A DNA stretch of 59,252 nt, counting the filler. It is 3 parts of 3 records of this genome, joined end to end, with 100 filler letters (N's around TTAATTAATTAA, not from the genome) between each part and the next. Parts side by side here need not be neighbours in the genome. Positions count along the whole stretch, not along the records: positions 1 to 21,844 come from SRR31156797_28660; positions 21,945 to 39,077 come from SRR31156797_28668; 1 more part is not named here. One strand, written 5' to 3'. Under the pieces are notes generated by a model, which was not told the origin of the DNA, did not search any database, and saw only the letters and a list, made by a program, of their open reading frames with translations. Each line of letters opens with the position of its first letter. The stretch's first letter is position 1. The position numbers and the translations under genes were made by a program. This document shows positions 20,654 to 29,808 of this stretch, one piece after another.

Positions 20654-21079
20654 ATGAACATCACCCTGAGCTTCGAACTGGACAATATTGACTGGCCCAA
20701 CATAGCGGAAATTTTCGAAAAAGCCCCTCTCGGAATCCGCGAGCCGGAGAAATTGGCCAGAGCAGCAGCAAACAGTGAATTGGTCTGCTTTGCCAAAGAC
20801 GGCGATGAATTTATCGGTTTTGCACGCGCCATCAGCGACGGTGAATTTCAGGCCGCAATCTACGACCTGTGCATCCTTCCCGAATACCAATCCCACGGGA
20901 TCGGGAAAATGATAATGACCGCCATGCTGGAAAAATTAAAACCGCTCAATGTCATCCTCTACTCTGTTCCGGGCAAGGAAGGATTTTATAAAAAATTCGG
21001 ATTCACCCCCATGCTTACTGCCATGGGCAGTTTCAAGGATGAAGTAGGGATGATTGAGCGGGGGTATCTGGAGGGGTAA
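20654..21079 (+). CDS. GNAT N-acetyltransferase
   Basis: Motif A ILPEYQSHGIG and FYKKFGF. Confidence 0.88.
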   Translation: MNITLSFELDNIDWPNIAEIFEKAPLGIREPEKLARAAANSELVCFAKDGDEFIGFARAISDGEFQAAIYDLCILPEYQSHGIGKMIMTAMLEKLKPLNVILYSVPGKEGFYKKFGFTPMLTAMGSFKDEVGMIERGYLEG

Positions 21080-21082
21080 TCC

Positions 21083-21703
21083 CTACTTCCGCCCCATCAG
21101 CACAAAAGCCCCGTACTGGCGAAGAACACCATTCTTATCTGGTTTGTTATATGTGGAATGCTGGTAATGCTGCTCGACATTCAATCCGGCCTTGGTGACC
21201 ATTGCGGCTAATTCTTCCGGCTCAAAACCATTGTGGGGCACAACATTATCGCCATGAAAACTGCCGTCTTCGGGCAGAAGCTCCCCGATTACCAGCTTGC
21301 CGCCTTTTTTCAATATTTTAGCCATCAGCCCCAGAACCTCCGACAGGTCCTCAACATGGTGCATAGCCATGGAAGTAAATATCGCATCAAGAGAACCTTC
21401 CGCCAGCCCTGCTTCATGAAGTGCAACCGGAATCACCCGCACATTGCCGAAGCCCTCATTCTGAATTTTCGTATTAAACATATCCAGCATAGCTGCTGAA
21501 GTATCCAGCGCATAGAGGGTCTTTACTATTTTAGCAAAGCGCAAGCCGACCAATCCAGTCCCACAGCCAAAATCAAGGACTTCACTTTCCGGCGTAAAAT
21601 CGACAGCCTTTTCCACTTCAGCAGCAAATTCATCTGCAATGCGTTTACGCTCCGGATTACTGTCCCATTCCTTTGCCTTACGAGTAAATTCATCTCGGCT
21701 CAT
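21083..21703 (-). CDS. class I SAM-dependent methyltransferase
   Basis: Motif I VLDFGCGTG, plus SMAMHHV and EDGSFH. Confidence 0.88.
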   Translation of the reverse strand: MSRDEFTRKAKEWDSNPERKRIADEFAAEVEKAVDFTPESEVLDFGCGTGLVGLRFAKIVKTLYALDTSAAMLDMFNTKIQNEGFGNVRVIPVALHEAGLAEGSLDAIFTSMAMHHVEDLSEVLGLMAKILKKGGKLVIGELLPEDGSFHGDNVVPHNGFEPEELAAMVTKAGLNVEQHYQHSTYNKPDKNGVLRQYGAFVLMGRK

Positions 21704-21780
21704 AATTTATTCCTTGTGAAAGCAAACCTGCATAAAGCTATTACGGTTTATTTTTTGAAAGTCGCTATAACGCACTATAT

Positions 21781-21844
21781 GCGAAGCAAACTAAAAGGTT
21801 CTGAAGGGGATGGGGTCTGGGGAAGGGGAAACTCTTGCAAGAGT
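21781..21844. repeat. palindromic intergenic (REP-like) element truncated at the contig end
   Basis: GCGAAGC...GGGGATGGGGTCTGGGGAAGGGGAAACTCT-TGCA-AGAGT. The contig stops partway through the return arm of a palindrome. Confidence 0.5.
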
Positions 21845-21944
21845 NNNNNNNNNNNNNNNNNNNNNNNNNNNNNNNNNNNNNNNNNNNNTTAATTAATTAA
21901 NNNNNNNNNNNNNNNNNNNNNNNNNNNNNNNNNNNNNNNNNNNN
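21845..21944. other. artificial contig linker
   Basis: 44 N + TTAATTAATTAA (stops in all six frames) + 44 N. Confidence 0.98.
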
Positions 21945-21967
21945 TTCAAATCCCTTCGCGCCTACCA
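21945..21967 (+). tRNA. 3' end of a tRNA (T-loop, acceptor strand, CCA); isotype not visible, possibly Val
   Basis: TTCAAATCCCTT-CGCGCCT-A-CCA at the contig start, followed by a terminator. The anticodon lies outside the contig. Confidence 0.7.
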
Positions 21968-21977
21968 GAAAAAAATC

Positions 21978-22014
21978 AAGGGGTTGCGGAAATCTGACGC
22001 AACCCCTTTTTTTT
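21978..22014 (+). terminator. intrinsic terminator after the tRNA
   Basis: AAGGGGTTGCG-N9-CGCAACCCCTT followed by a T tract. Confidence 0.8.
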
Positions 22015-22087
22015 CGCTTTTTTCTAAAAACCCCTCGTTATCCACCCGAGGATTATTCATACACGGCTATCCGTCCCACCTCAACCA

Positions 22088-22375
22088 TCACCGTGCAGCC
22101 CTCTCCCACAAGCTGCAGAAGGCCATCTTTTCATCAGGGCTGCATGATCGCATGACGGCCCATCTGAGCGTGATGGGTGCAATGAGCGTCGTCACAAAGG
22201 CCATCAAAACCAGCGCTGAAAACTGATCCTGGGTCAGCAGGGGCGGTCCCAAAATAATCCCGGCAAGCAGCTCCCCGAGCATCACCGGCAAGCCAAAACG
22301 GGTAAAAACGCTTCCCAGAATCCAGGCCACGATCAGGATCAGGAGGATATTGAGTATCAGCTCACTTGTGATCAT
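22088..22375 (-). pseudogene. internally deleted cation:proton antiporter (CPA2/Kef-type)
   Basis: The CPA2 N-terminal motif GLPVMLGELLAGIILGPP is fused directly to the last-TM motif FSALVLMAFVTTLIAP. Only 95 aa, against roughly 400 expected. Confidence 0.7.
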
Positions 22376-22851
22376 AACTTTTTTTCCAGGAATATGGCTT
22401 TGCCCATTTCAGGATCCAATTGATACGGTTTAAAGCCCGCTGATTCATACAAATTTCTCGCAGGCGCATTTCCCTCCAGAACCTCCAGGGTCAGTTTGCA
22501 GCATCCGGATCTCAATGCAATTGCTTCCACTTTTTCGAGCATCATTTTTGCAATCCCTTGTCCTCGGTACCGAGGAGAAACAATCACGTCATGTATGTTC
22601 AGCAACGGTTTGCAGGCAAAAGTTGAAAATCCTTCAATGCTGATCACCAATCCGGCAGGATTGCCGTCGACAAACGCGATTACCGTATGAATATTCTCTC
22701 TTTTTTGAAGCTCTTTTACAACATTTGCCTTGACATTTCTTGAGAGTCCGACGCCGCCCCCTGTGATGTCTGCGGCATATTCATCAAGCAATTCTATAAT
22801 GAATTCCTCATGTCCCTCTGCTGTGTAATCGCTTTCGACAATTTCGATCAT
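22372..22851 (-). CDS. GNAT N-acetyltransferase
   Basis: FSTFACKPLLNIHD, VSPRYRGQGIA, CCKLTLEVLEGN..A..LY...GF. Start moved to MIEIVES (22851). Confidence 0.85.
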   Translation of the reverse strand: MIEIVESDYTAEGHEEFIIELLDEYAADITGGGVGLSRNVKANVVKELQKRENIHTVIAFVDGNPAGLVISIEGFSTFACKPLLNIHDVIVSPRYRGQGIAKMMLEKVEAIALRSGCCKLTLEVLEGNAPARNLYESAGFKPYQLDPEMGKAIFLEKKL

Positions 22852-22939
22852 TATTTTTAACCTTATTAAAGATAATGTTCTCCGCAAACAGAACCGGCAT
22901 GAATGAAACAAGAAGGGTTATTTTAGTTCTCATCATCTT

Positions 22940-23101
22940 CCCATATTCCAGAATTCCACCTGGTTGGCAATCAAGATGCTTGCATATGGCATCCAAGGTG
23001 GAAAAGCGGATGGCCTTGGCTTTTCCCGTTTTTAAAACCGATAAATTTTGTTCGGTGATTCCAACCAATTTTGCAAGTTCAACCGATTTCATCTTGCGCT
23101 T
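22940..23101 (-). pseudogene. YozG-like Cro/C1 (XRE) HTH regulator fragment
   Basis: KRKMKSVELAKLVGITEQNLSVLKTGKAKAIRFSTLDAICKHLDCQPG. The usual N-terminal segment appears to be missing and the flanking ORF sequence looks unrelated. Confidence 0.6.
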
Positions 23102-23203
23102 TGGCGGTTCTTTTAAAAATACTGACATGCTCAAGGGAAAACATAACGCCTTCTTTGTAAAATGAAAACAGTTATCGAACATTCAAAATCGCGGGAAACA
23201 AAC

Positions 23204-23232
23204 TTGACCATTTTGCGACTAACTGCTATCTC
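23204..23232 (+). promoter_or_regulatory. probable sigma70 promoter of tex-nadB
   Basis: TTGACC-N17-TATCTC with an extended -10 TG, about 60 nt upstream of tex. Confidence 0.4.
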
Positions 23233-23290
23233 AGAGATCATTATGGAAAGGGGACATGCCAATTTTCAGGAAACTGGAGTTATTTAACCG

Positions 23291-25555
23291 ATGAATTCAA
23301 AATATGTGCAAAAGATCGCCGATGAAATGGGTCTCCGACCAAAACAGGTGGAGGCCGTACTGGACCTTCTTTCGCAAGGTGCAACCATCCCCTTTATTGC
23401 CCGGTACCGGAAGGAAGCAACCAATTCCTTGGACGAAGTCGCCGTCGCAGACATCCGCGACCGATCCGCTCAGTTGGAAGAATTGGATCGAAGGCGCGAC
23501 GCCATCCTCAAGTCCTTGCACGACCAGGAAAAGCTGACGGATGATCTGGCAGCCAAAATTGGAGAGGCGGAAACCGTTGCGGTTCTCGAAGACATTTATC
23601 TTCCCTTTAAACCCAAACGGCGAACCCGGGCGAGTATCGCCAGGGAGCGGGGGCTTGAACCCCTGGCCGATGTTCTATTTCAACAGGAAGATCTTGACCC
23701 TTTTGTCGTTGCGGCCCCTTTTGTAGATTTTGAAAAAGGGATTGAAACCGTGGAAGATGCTCTGGCCGGCGCAAGGGACATTATGGCTGAATGGATTACT
23801 GAAAACCAGGAAGCACGGGCATTGATGCGGTCTCTTTTTTTACAGAAAGGCCTTGTTATTTCGAAAGTCGATGCCTCAAAAGAGGAAGAAGGGGCAAAAT
23901 ATAAAGATTATTTCGATTGGGAAGAACCCCTTAAAAAAGCGCCCTCACACCGGATACTGGCCATGCGAAGGGGGGAGAATGAAGGCATCCTGACCCTCCG
24001 TATTGCGCCGGAAGAAGCCCTTCCCCTTGCCCTGCTTGAATCCCTCTTCATTACCGGTCATTTTTTAACTTCCGAGCAGGTGCGGACGGCGATTCACGAC
24101 AGTTATAAGAGACTCCTGAGCCATTCCATGGAAACCGAGGTTCGAATGACCTCAAAAAGACGGGCTGATGAGGAGGCCATTCGAATATTTGCCGGAAACC
24201 TTCGTCAATTACTTCTGGCCCCGCCTCTTGGACAAAAGAATATTCTGGCAATCGACCCCGGGTTCCGTACCGGATGTAAAGTGGTCTGTCTGGATCCGCA
24301 GGGAAAACTCCTTCACTCGGATACCATCTTTCCCCATTTCTCCAATTCCAAAACCGTTCATGCGGGAAAAACCATAGAAGAGCTCTGCAATCGTTTTCAT
24401 GTGGATGCCATTGCCATTGGAAACGGCACTGCCGGAAGGGAAACCGAGACCTTTATAAAAGGGTTGAACCTGGAAAAGAGGATTCAGGTCATCATGGTCA
24501 ATGAAAGCGGTGCATCCGTTTACTCCGCCTCGGAAGCGGGCCGTGAAGAATTCCCGGACCAGGACCTTACCGTGCGAGGTGCCGTCTCCATCGGAAGGCG
24601 GCTCATGGATCCCCTTGCGGAACTGGTTAAACTTGACCCCAAATCCATAGGGGTAGGACAGTACCAGCACGACGTGGATCAGAGGGCATTGCGAAAAAGC
24701 CTTGACGACGTGGTCATAAGCTGCGTCAATAGGGTTGGCGTGGAAGTGAACACCGCAAGTCGGCAACTTCTGACCTATGTATCGGGCTTAGGCCCGCAAC
24801 TGGCGAAAAACATTGTCCGCCACCGTGAGGAAAATGGGCCCTTTGCATCCCGAAAAGCGCTCATGGACGTTCACCGCCTCGGCGCCAAAGCCTTTGAACA
24901 GGCAGCCGGATTTTTACGCATCAGAGACGCGTCGCACCCTCTGGATGGAAGCGCCGTCCACCCCGAGAGCTACCCCATTGTGGAAGCCATGGCAAAGGAC
25001 CTTCAATGTTCCATCCGGAATCTAATGGAAAACGATGGCCTTCGAAAAAAAATTCACAAGGAAAAATATGTCACCGAAACCGTAGGCCTGCCCACTCTAA
25101 ATGATATCCTGGAAGAATTGGCCAAACCCGGGCGGGACCCCAGGGAACAATTTGAAAATATCGCCTTTAAGGATGGGATTGAAAAGATTGAAGACCTTGA
25201 ACCGGGAATGACCCTGCCCGGGGTCGTCACCAACATTACGGCCTTCGGCGCTTTCGTGGATATCGGCGTCCACCAGGATGGCCTTGTCCATGTGAGCCAG
25301 ATGGCCGATCGTTTTGTAAAGGATCCCAACGAAGTGGTCAAGGTATATCAAAAGCTCAACGTCCGGGTATTGGATGTGGATATCAGAAGAAAGAGGATTT
25401 CCCTTTCATTGAAAGCCCAAGCCGGCACTTCCCGCAAACCGGTGCCGTCCACCACCCATAAGGAATCCAAGCTGAAGACAAAAGGTCAATCAAAGCATGC
25501 GGAGAAAATTCCTTTCAACAATCCTTTCTCCGATGCTCTCGAAAGAATTTCCTGA
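23291..25555 (+). CDS. tex: Tex RNA-binding transcriptional accessory protein
   Basis: TIPFIARYRKE, YqgF domain (AIDPGFRTGCK, ESGASVYSAS), HhH and a C-terminal S1 domain (FGAFVDIGVHQDGLVHVS). Confidence 0.95.
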   Translation: MNSKYVQKIADEMGLRPKQVEAVLDLLSQGATIPFIARYRKEATNSLDEVAVADIRDRSAQLEELDRRRDAILKSLHDQEKLTDDLAAKIGEAETVAVLEDIYLPFKPKRRTRASIARERGLEPLADVLFQQEDLDPFVVAAPFVDFEKGIETVEDALAGARDIMAEWITENQEARALMRSLFLQKGLVISKVDASKEEEGAKYKDYFDWEEPLKKAPSHRILAMRRGENEGILTLRIAPEEALPLALLESLFITGHFLTSEQVRTAIHDSYKRLLSHSMETEVRMTSKRRADEEAIRIFAGNLRQLLLAPPLGQKNILAIDPGFRTGCKVVCLDPQGKLLHSDTIFPHFSNSKTVHAGKTIEELCNRFHVDAIAIGNGTAGRETETFIKGLNLEKRIQVIMVNESGASVYSASEAGREEFPDQDLTVRGAVSIGRRLMDPLAELVKLDPKSIGVGQYQHDVDQRALRKSLDDVVISCVNRVGVEVNTASRQLLTYVSGLGPQLAKNIVRHREENGPFASRKALMDVHRLGAKAFEQAAGFLRIRDASHPLDGSAVHPESYPIVEAMAKDLQCSIRNLMENDGLRKKIHKEKYVTETVGLPTLNDILEELAKPGRDPREQFENIAFKDGIEKIEDLEPGMTLPGVVTNITAFGAFVDIGVHQDGLVHVSQMADRFVKDPNEVVKVYQKLNVRVLDVDIRRKRISLSLKAQAGTSRKPVPSTTHKESKLKTKGQSKHAEKIPFNNPFSDALERIS

Positions 25556-25582
25556 AAACCACTTTTTAATAAGGGGGAATCC

Positions 25583-27199
25583 ATGCCAATCATTTCCGAT
25601 TATCTCGTCATAGGCAGCGGCATAGCAGGGTTGAGATTTGCCCTTGACGCCGCAAAAAAAGGGACAGTTGCCATTGTCACCAAAAAGGAAAAGTCCGAGG
25701 GCTCAACCAACTATGCCCAGGGAGGCATCGCCTCGGTTCTGGATCCCGATGACAGTTTTGAACTTCATATCAAGGATACCCTTACCTCCGGCGACGGCAT
25801 CTGCCACGAAGATATTGTCAAAATCGTCGTCGAGGAAGGTCCCCAAAGAATTCACGAACTGGTTTCCATGGGCGTACGCTTTTCCCAGCAGCAGGATAGC
25901 CGCAAAAGCATGTTCGATCTTGGCCGCGAAGGCGGTCACTCCAAACGGCGAATCGTCCATACCAAGGATTTGACCGGTCGGGAGGTTGAAAAACGTTTGC
26001 TTGCGCGGGCGGAAGAGGATCAAAACATTCAGATTTATGAAAACCACATGGCCATCGACCTCATCACCAAGTCCACCCTGATCCGCCGTGGCATCGTTTC
26101 TAAAAAAACGGATCAGAGCTGCTGGGGCGCCTACGTCCTGGATGCGGAAAAAGGCGACATCCTGACATTCCTTGCAAGGATTACTTTTCTTTGCTCCGGC
26201 GGTGCCGGCAAGGTGTATCGCTATACCAGTAACCCAGACATTGCCACAGGAGACGGGGTCGCCATCGGCTTCCGGGCCGGGGTGAAAGTGGCCAACATGG
26301 AATTTGTCCAGTTCCACCCCACTTCTCTGTACCACCCCCTTGCCAAAAACTTCCTCATCTCAGAAGCGGTAAGGGGTGAAGGCGGAATCCTTCTGGACAA
26401 AAAGGGGAATCGGTTCATGGAATCCTACCATCCCCTGAAGGATCTGGCTTTCCGGGATATTGTGGCAAGATCCATCGACATGGAACTGAAAAAAAGTGGC
26501 GATCAATGCGTGTATCTTGATATCAGCCATAAAGGGAAGGATTTTATCGTCAATCGTTTTCCCCACATCTATGAAACCTGCCTTTCCTTCCACATTGACA
26601 TCACCAGGGAGCCTATTCCCGTGGTCCCTGCGGCCCACTATATGTGCGGCGGTCTATTAACCGATGAACATGGTCGTACCAATCTCAAGAACCTCTTTGC
26701 CATCGGTGAAGTGGCCTGCACGGGCTTGCACGGCGCAAACCGTCTGGCCAGCAATTCACTGTTAGAGGCGCTCGTCTTTGCCCGGCGTGCTGCCCTCAAA
26801 GCCGACGGCGAACTACTCGCAGGCAAACAGGAAACTTTCCCCCAGGCCCCAGAATGGGATCCCGGCAGTGCAACGGACAGTGAAGAGTTGGTGGTAGTTT
26901 CACACAACTGGGATGAAATCCGGCGGTTCATGTGGAATTATGTGGGTATTGTGAGGACCAACAAGCGTCTGGCTAGGGCAAAAAGGCGGGTGGAAATCAT
27001 ACAGGAGGAGATCAAGGAATACTACTGGAATTTTCTGGTGAGCCAGGACCTTCTTGAACTCCGAAATCTTGCCCTTGTTGCGGAACTCATTATCACCTGC
27101 GCTTCCCTCAGGAAAGAGAGTCGGGGCCTTCATTTCAACCTTGATTATCCTTCTCAGGACAATAAATTCTGGCGGCGGGATACGGTTATCTGGAAATAG
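25583..27199 (+). CDS. nadB: L-aspartate oxidase
   Basis: [53 protein letters not shown] and ESRGLH. Confidence 0.95.
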   Translation: MPIISDYLVIGSGIAGLRFALDAAKKGTVAIVTKKEKSEGSTNYAQGGIASVLDPDDSFELHIKDTLTSGDGICHEDIVKIVVEEGPQRIHELVSMGVRFSQQQDSRKSMFDLGREGGHSKRRIVHTKDLTGREVEKRLLARAEEDQNIQIYENHMAIDLITKSTLIRRGIVSKKTDQSCWGAYVLDAEKGDILTFLARITFLCSGGAGKVYRYTSNPDIATGDGVAIGFRAGVKVANMEFVQFHPTSLYHPLAKNFLISEAVRGEGGILLDKKGNRFMESYHPLKDLAFRDIVARSIDMELKKSGDQCVYLDISHKGKDFIVNRFPHIYETCLSFHIDITREPIPVVPAAHYMCGGLLTDEHGRTNLKNLFAIGEVACTGLHGANRLASNSLLEALVFARRAALKADGELLAGKQETFPQAPEWDPGSATDSEELVVVSHNWDEIRRFMWNYVGIVRTNKRLARAKRRVEIIQEEIKEYYWNFLVSQDLLELRNLALVAELIITCASLRKESRGLHFNLDYPSQDNKFWRRDTVIWK

Positions 27200-27299
27200 C
27201 GATGGAAAAGAAAGAATTGAGGGGTGGTATCAAAAAGTTTGGGTAACCGGGGCGGGAAACCTCACGGGGGTTCCCACCGGAACCCCTGTGATAAGAATC

Positions 27300-27464
27300 T
27301 TAATCGTGAAAATCTCTCTCACGCATAAATCCGAATACCTGAAGTGCCGTTCGAATGGCCACATAGGTTAATCCCCCGCCGATGATCCCCAAGGCGATGT
27401 ACAGCAATCCGAAAAAAATCACATATTCAATGTTCCACTGCCATTCAAAAGAAAATGGTGTCAT
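27300..27464 (-). CDS. 54-aa single-pass membrane protein downstream of qrcD (not in the ORF track)
   Basis: My translation: MTPFSFEWQWNIEYVIFFGLLYIALGIIGGGLTYVAIRTALQVFGFMRERDFHD*. AGGGAG RBS 6 nt upstream; same strand as qrc. Confidence 0.75.
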   Translation of the reverse strand: MTPFSFEWQWNIEYVIFFGLLYIALGIIGGGLTYVAIRTALQVFGFMRERDFHD

Positions 27465-27478
27465 GGCGATCTCCCTGA

Positions 27479-27640
27479 TTAGCTATTGGCTTTTAGCCGT
27501 TAGCTATTAGTCTTTTGCCCTTATATAATACGATCACATAGCACCCATTTTTCCTTCGCCGAAGCGTAAGACGATGGGCTTTTTCTTCCATACATTATGA
27601 ATTCTCTTTTAATTCCTAAGAGCTAACAGGCTACCCGCTA
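27479..27640. repeat. inverted pair of degenerate heptamer (TTAGCNN) arrays
   Basis: TTAGCTA-TTGGCTT-TTAGCCG-TTAGCTA-TTAGTCT at 27479-27513. On the opposite strand, TAGCGGG-TAGCCTG-TTAGCTC-TTAG at 27616-27640. Confidence 0.5.
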
Positions 27641-28879
27641 TTCAGCAGGCAACGGGTTCAGCTCGGTCTCTTTGGGGAACACGGGCAGATACCGATACGC
27701 CAGGGAGAAAACCAGGAATCCATAACCGATCACCGCCAACCCGATACCCCATTCCTGCCACGTGGGTAGATAACCCCAGAAGCGGTCAAACGGCATCACC
27801 GGAACCGCCAGGGTCACAATAATAAAAAGAAACCGGTTCAGCACAATCCCTGTACAGTTCAACAAACTGGCAAAAATAAGCCATCCCTGGCTTTTTCGAC
27901 CGGCCGGCGTCAGCAGTATTATGGCGGGGAGGAATCCGCAAAATATCATCTCTGCTACTATCAGCCAAACGCCATAGGGACCTTCGTTGAAAAAATCCAT
28001 AAAGGTCAAACCGGACCTGGGAACGATCCCGTATATCCAGCCCAGGTAATCAAAAGTCTTCAAAACCATGTACAGAGCGAGAAGCCAACCGGACATTTTG
28101 GCCAGAAACTGAATTGCATCGTCCGGAACAAGCTTTTTACGGGACAAAAACTCGGTCAACTTGGTGCAAAGGATCGTAAAGCAGGGACCACAGGCGATGG
28201 CGGAGAGCACAAAAAGGAAAAAAGTCCAGGGCCAGATGTAGAAGCCTTCCCGTGCCGCAAAGGGCCGAGCATACATGACACCGAACATCCCTCCCAAAGA
28301 TCCCTGATGGAAAAACGACAGAAACGTACCGGTTGCCGCAAAAACCGCCATGATTTCGTGCAGGTTATGGCCTATAAGCCTCAGTTCCTTGACTTTTTCT
28401 ATCTGCCTGTTTTCAAGAATAAGGGGTACAAATTCGATGGCCAGTACCATCAGATAACAGGTAATACAGAAGGACACCTCCACCAACATGGAGTGGATAT
28501 TGGCGTGCCAGAAAATAAACCACCCCCTGATGGGCTGACCGATATCGATACCGAGCATGGCCATGGCACCGGAATAGCAGATAAATCCAATGATAACAGC
28601 CGCATTAATGATATTTTTCAGTTCTTTACGGCCGACGATATAGGTCAGGAATCCGGTAAAAAATGCACCGGCTCCCAAAGCAATCACCGCCAGATCAAAA
28701 ACGATCCACAGGGCAAAAGCAAATATATTGCTCATATTGGTCTGGTTTAAACCCTTCCAGAGACACAGAACGGCCGAAAGGCCGCCCCATGCAAGTAGCG
28801 CCAGCCAAGGCAGGGTCCATAAAAAAAAGGCCCCCGGGCTACATCTTTTAACGCCATGCGGTAACAATGGGGAATCCAT
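27638..28879 (-). CDS. qrcD: menaquinone reductase integral membrane subunit QrcD (NrfD/PsrC family)
   Basis: WIVFDLAVIALGAGAFFTG, DIGQPIRGW, FHQGSLGG and YLPTWQEW; polytopic membrane protein. Confidence 0.92.
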   Translation of the reverse strand: MDSPLLPHGVKRCSPGAFFLWTLPWLALLAWGGLSAVLCLWKGLNQTNMSNIFAFALWIVFDLAVIALGAGAFFTGFLTYIVGRKELKNIINAAVIIGFICYSGAMAMLGIDIGQPIRGWFIFWHANIHSMLVEVSFCITCYLMVLAIEFVPLILENRQIEKVKELRLIGHNLHEIMAVFAATGTFLSFFHQGSLGGMFGVMYARPFAAREGFYIWPWTFFLFVLSAIACGPCFTILCTKLTEFLSRKKLVPDDAIQFLAKMSGWLLALYMVLKTFDYLGWIYGIVPRSGLTFMDFFNEGPYGVWLIVAEMIFCGFLPAIILLTPAGRKSQGWLIFASLLNCTGIVLNRFLFIIVTLAVPVMPFDRFWGYLPTWQEWGIGLAVIGYGFLVFSLAYRYLPVFPKETELNPLPAE

Positions 28880-28932
28880 TACTCATCCTCCTGACATTTG
28901 ACAGCATGTCAATTTTTTCATCCTTTAGGTTC

Positions 28933-29796
28933 CTAGAACTGATCACGACCCGGTTTGGTGGACCATTCCTCTTCAGCCCATGTCCTGTTTATGACGGGCT
29001 CGTATTCGCCGGGCAGGAAATTGTCGGCCAGTCTGCGCACCCAGTCCCTGCTGGAAAGGTAATATACCTTGGGCCCCGTCCCCAAACGTTCAAGAATCCT
29101 GAAAGCATAGGGGTGCTTGATCAATTGCGATACTTTGTGTTTCGGATTGCTAAGATCCCCAAAATTGATGGCGCCGGCGGGACAGGCTTCCGTGCAAGCC
29201 GTTACATACTCTCCCTCCTCCAGCTCCCTGCGATCTTCCGCGTAGGCCTGGTTTTTTGCCCGCATCAGCCGATGATGGCAAAAGGTGCATTTTTCAACAA
29301 CACCCCTCATTCTGGGAGATACCTCGGGTGTCAGATAGCGATCCATGCCTTTATCCTGGGGGAACGCATCCCACCAGTTAAAATACCGGGCCCCGTAGGG
29401 ACACGCCGCCTGGCAATACCGACAGCCGATACACCGGGTATAGATCTGGCTGACGATACCGGTATTGAAGTCCAATTTCGTTGCGGTGGCCACACACACG
29501 GAAACGCACGGCGGATGATGGTCGCAATGCATGCAGGGCCGGGGAAAATAACTCACCTCCGTATGGGGGAATTTTTTCCCATTGGTGATTTTATAGAGAT
29601 TCATCCAGGTGATGGTACGCTCTTTATCTGTCTGGTCGGCCCTTACGGGAACATTGTTTTCCGCTGCACAGGCGACCATACACGTTCCACACCCGGTACA
29701 CTTGTCAAGATCGATGACCATGCCATACTTTTGACCGGAATGCTGCACGGTTTCATGACCGGCGTCAGGCTTCCCGTGGTCATTTGATTTTTTCAT
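28933..29796 (-). CDS. qrcC: menaquinone reductase Fe-S subunit QrcC (NrfC/DmsB family)
   Basis: CTGCGTCMVAC, CMHCDHHPPCVSVC, CIGCRYCQAACPY and KCTFC...CTEACP. Confidence 0.92.
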   Translation of the reverse strand: MKKSNDHGKPDAGHETVQHSGQKYGMVIDLDKCTGCGTCMVACAAENNVPVRADQTDKERTITWMNLYKITNGKKFPHTEVSYFPRPCMHCDHHPPCVSVCVATATKLDFNTGIVSQIYTRCIGCRYCQAACPYGARYFNWWDAFPQDKGMDRYLTPEVSPRMRGVVEKCTFCHHRLMRAKNQAYAEDRRELEEGEYVTACTEACPAGAINFGDLSNPKHKVSQLIKHPYAFRILERLGTGPKVYYLSSRDWVRRLADNFLPGEYEPVINRTWAEEEWSTKPGRDQF

Positions 29797-29808
29797 GAGC
29801 TACCTCAC

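Noticed and set aside
21889-21900. TTAATTAATTAA palindrome (also at 39122-39133)
   Set aside because: Synthetic six-frame stop spacer, not biological.
22808-23182. Full 124-aa XRE ORF as listed in the track
   Set aside because: Only the central ~54 aa resemble the HTH family. The tail overlaps the GNAT start, so it is called as a fragment instead.
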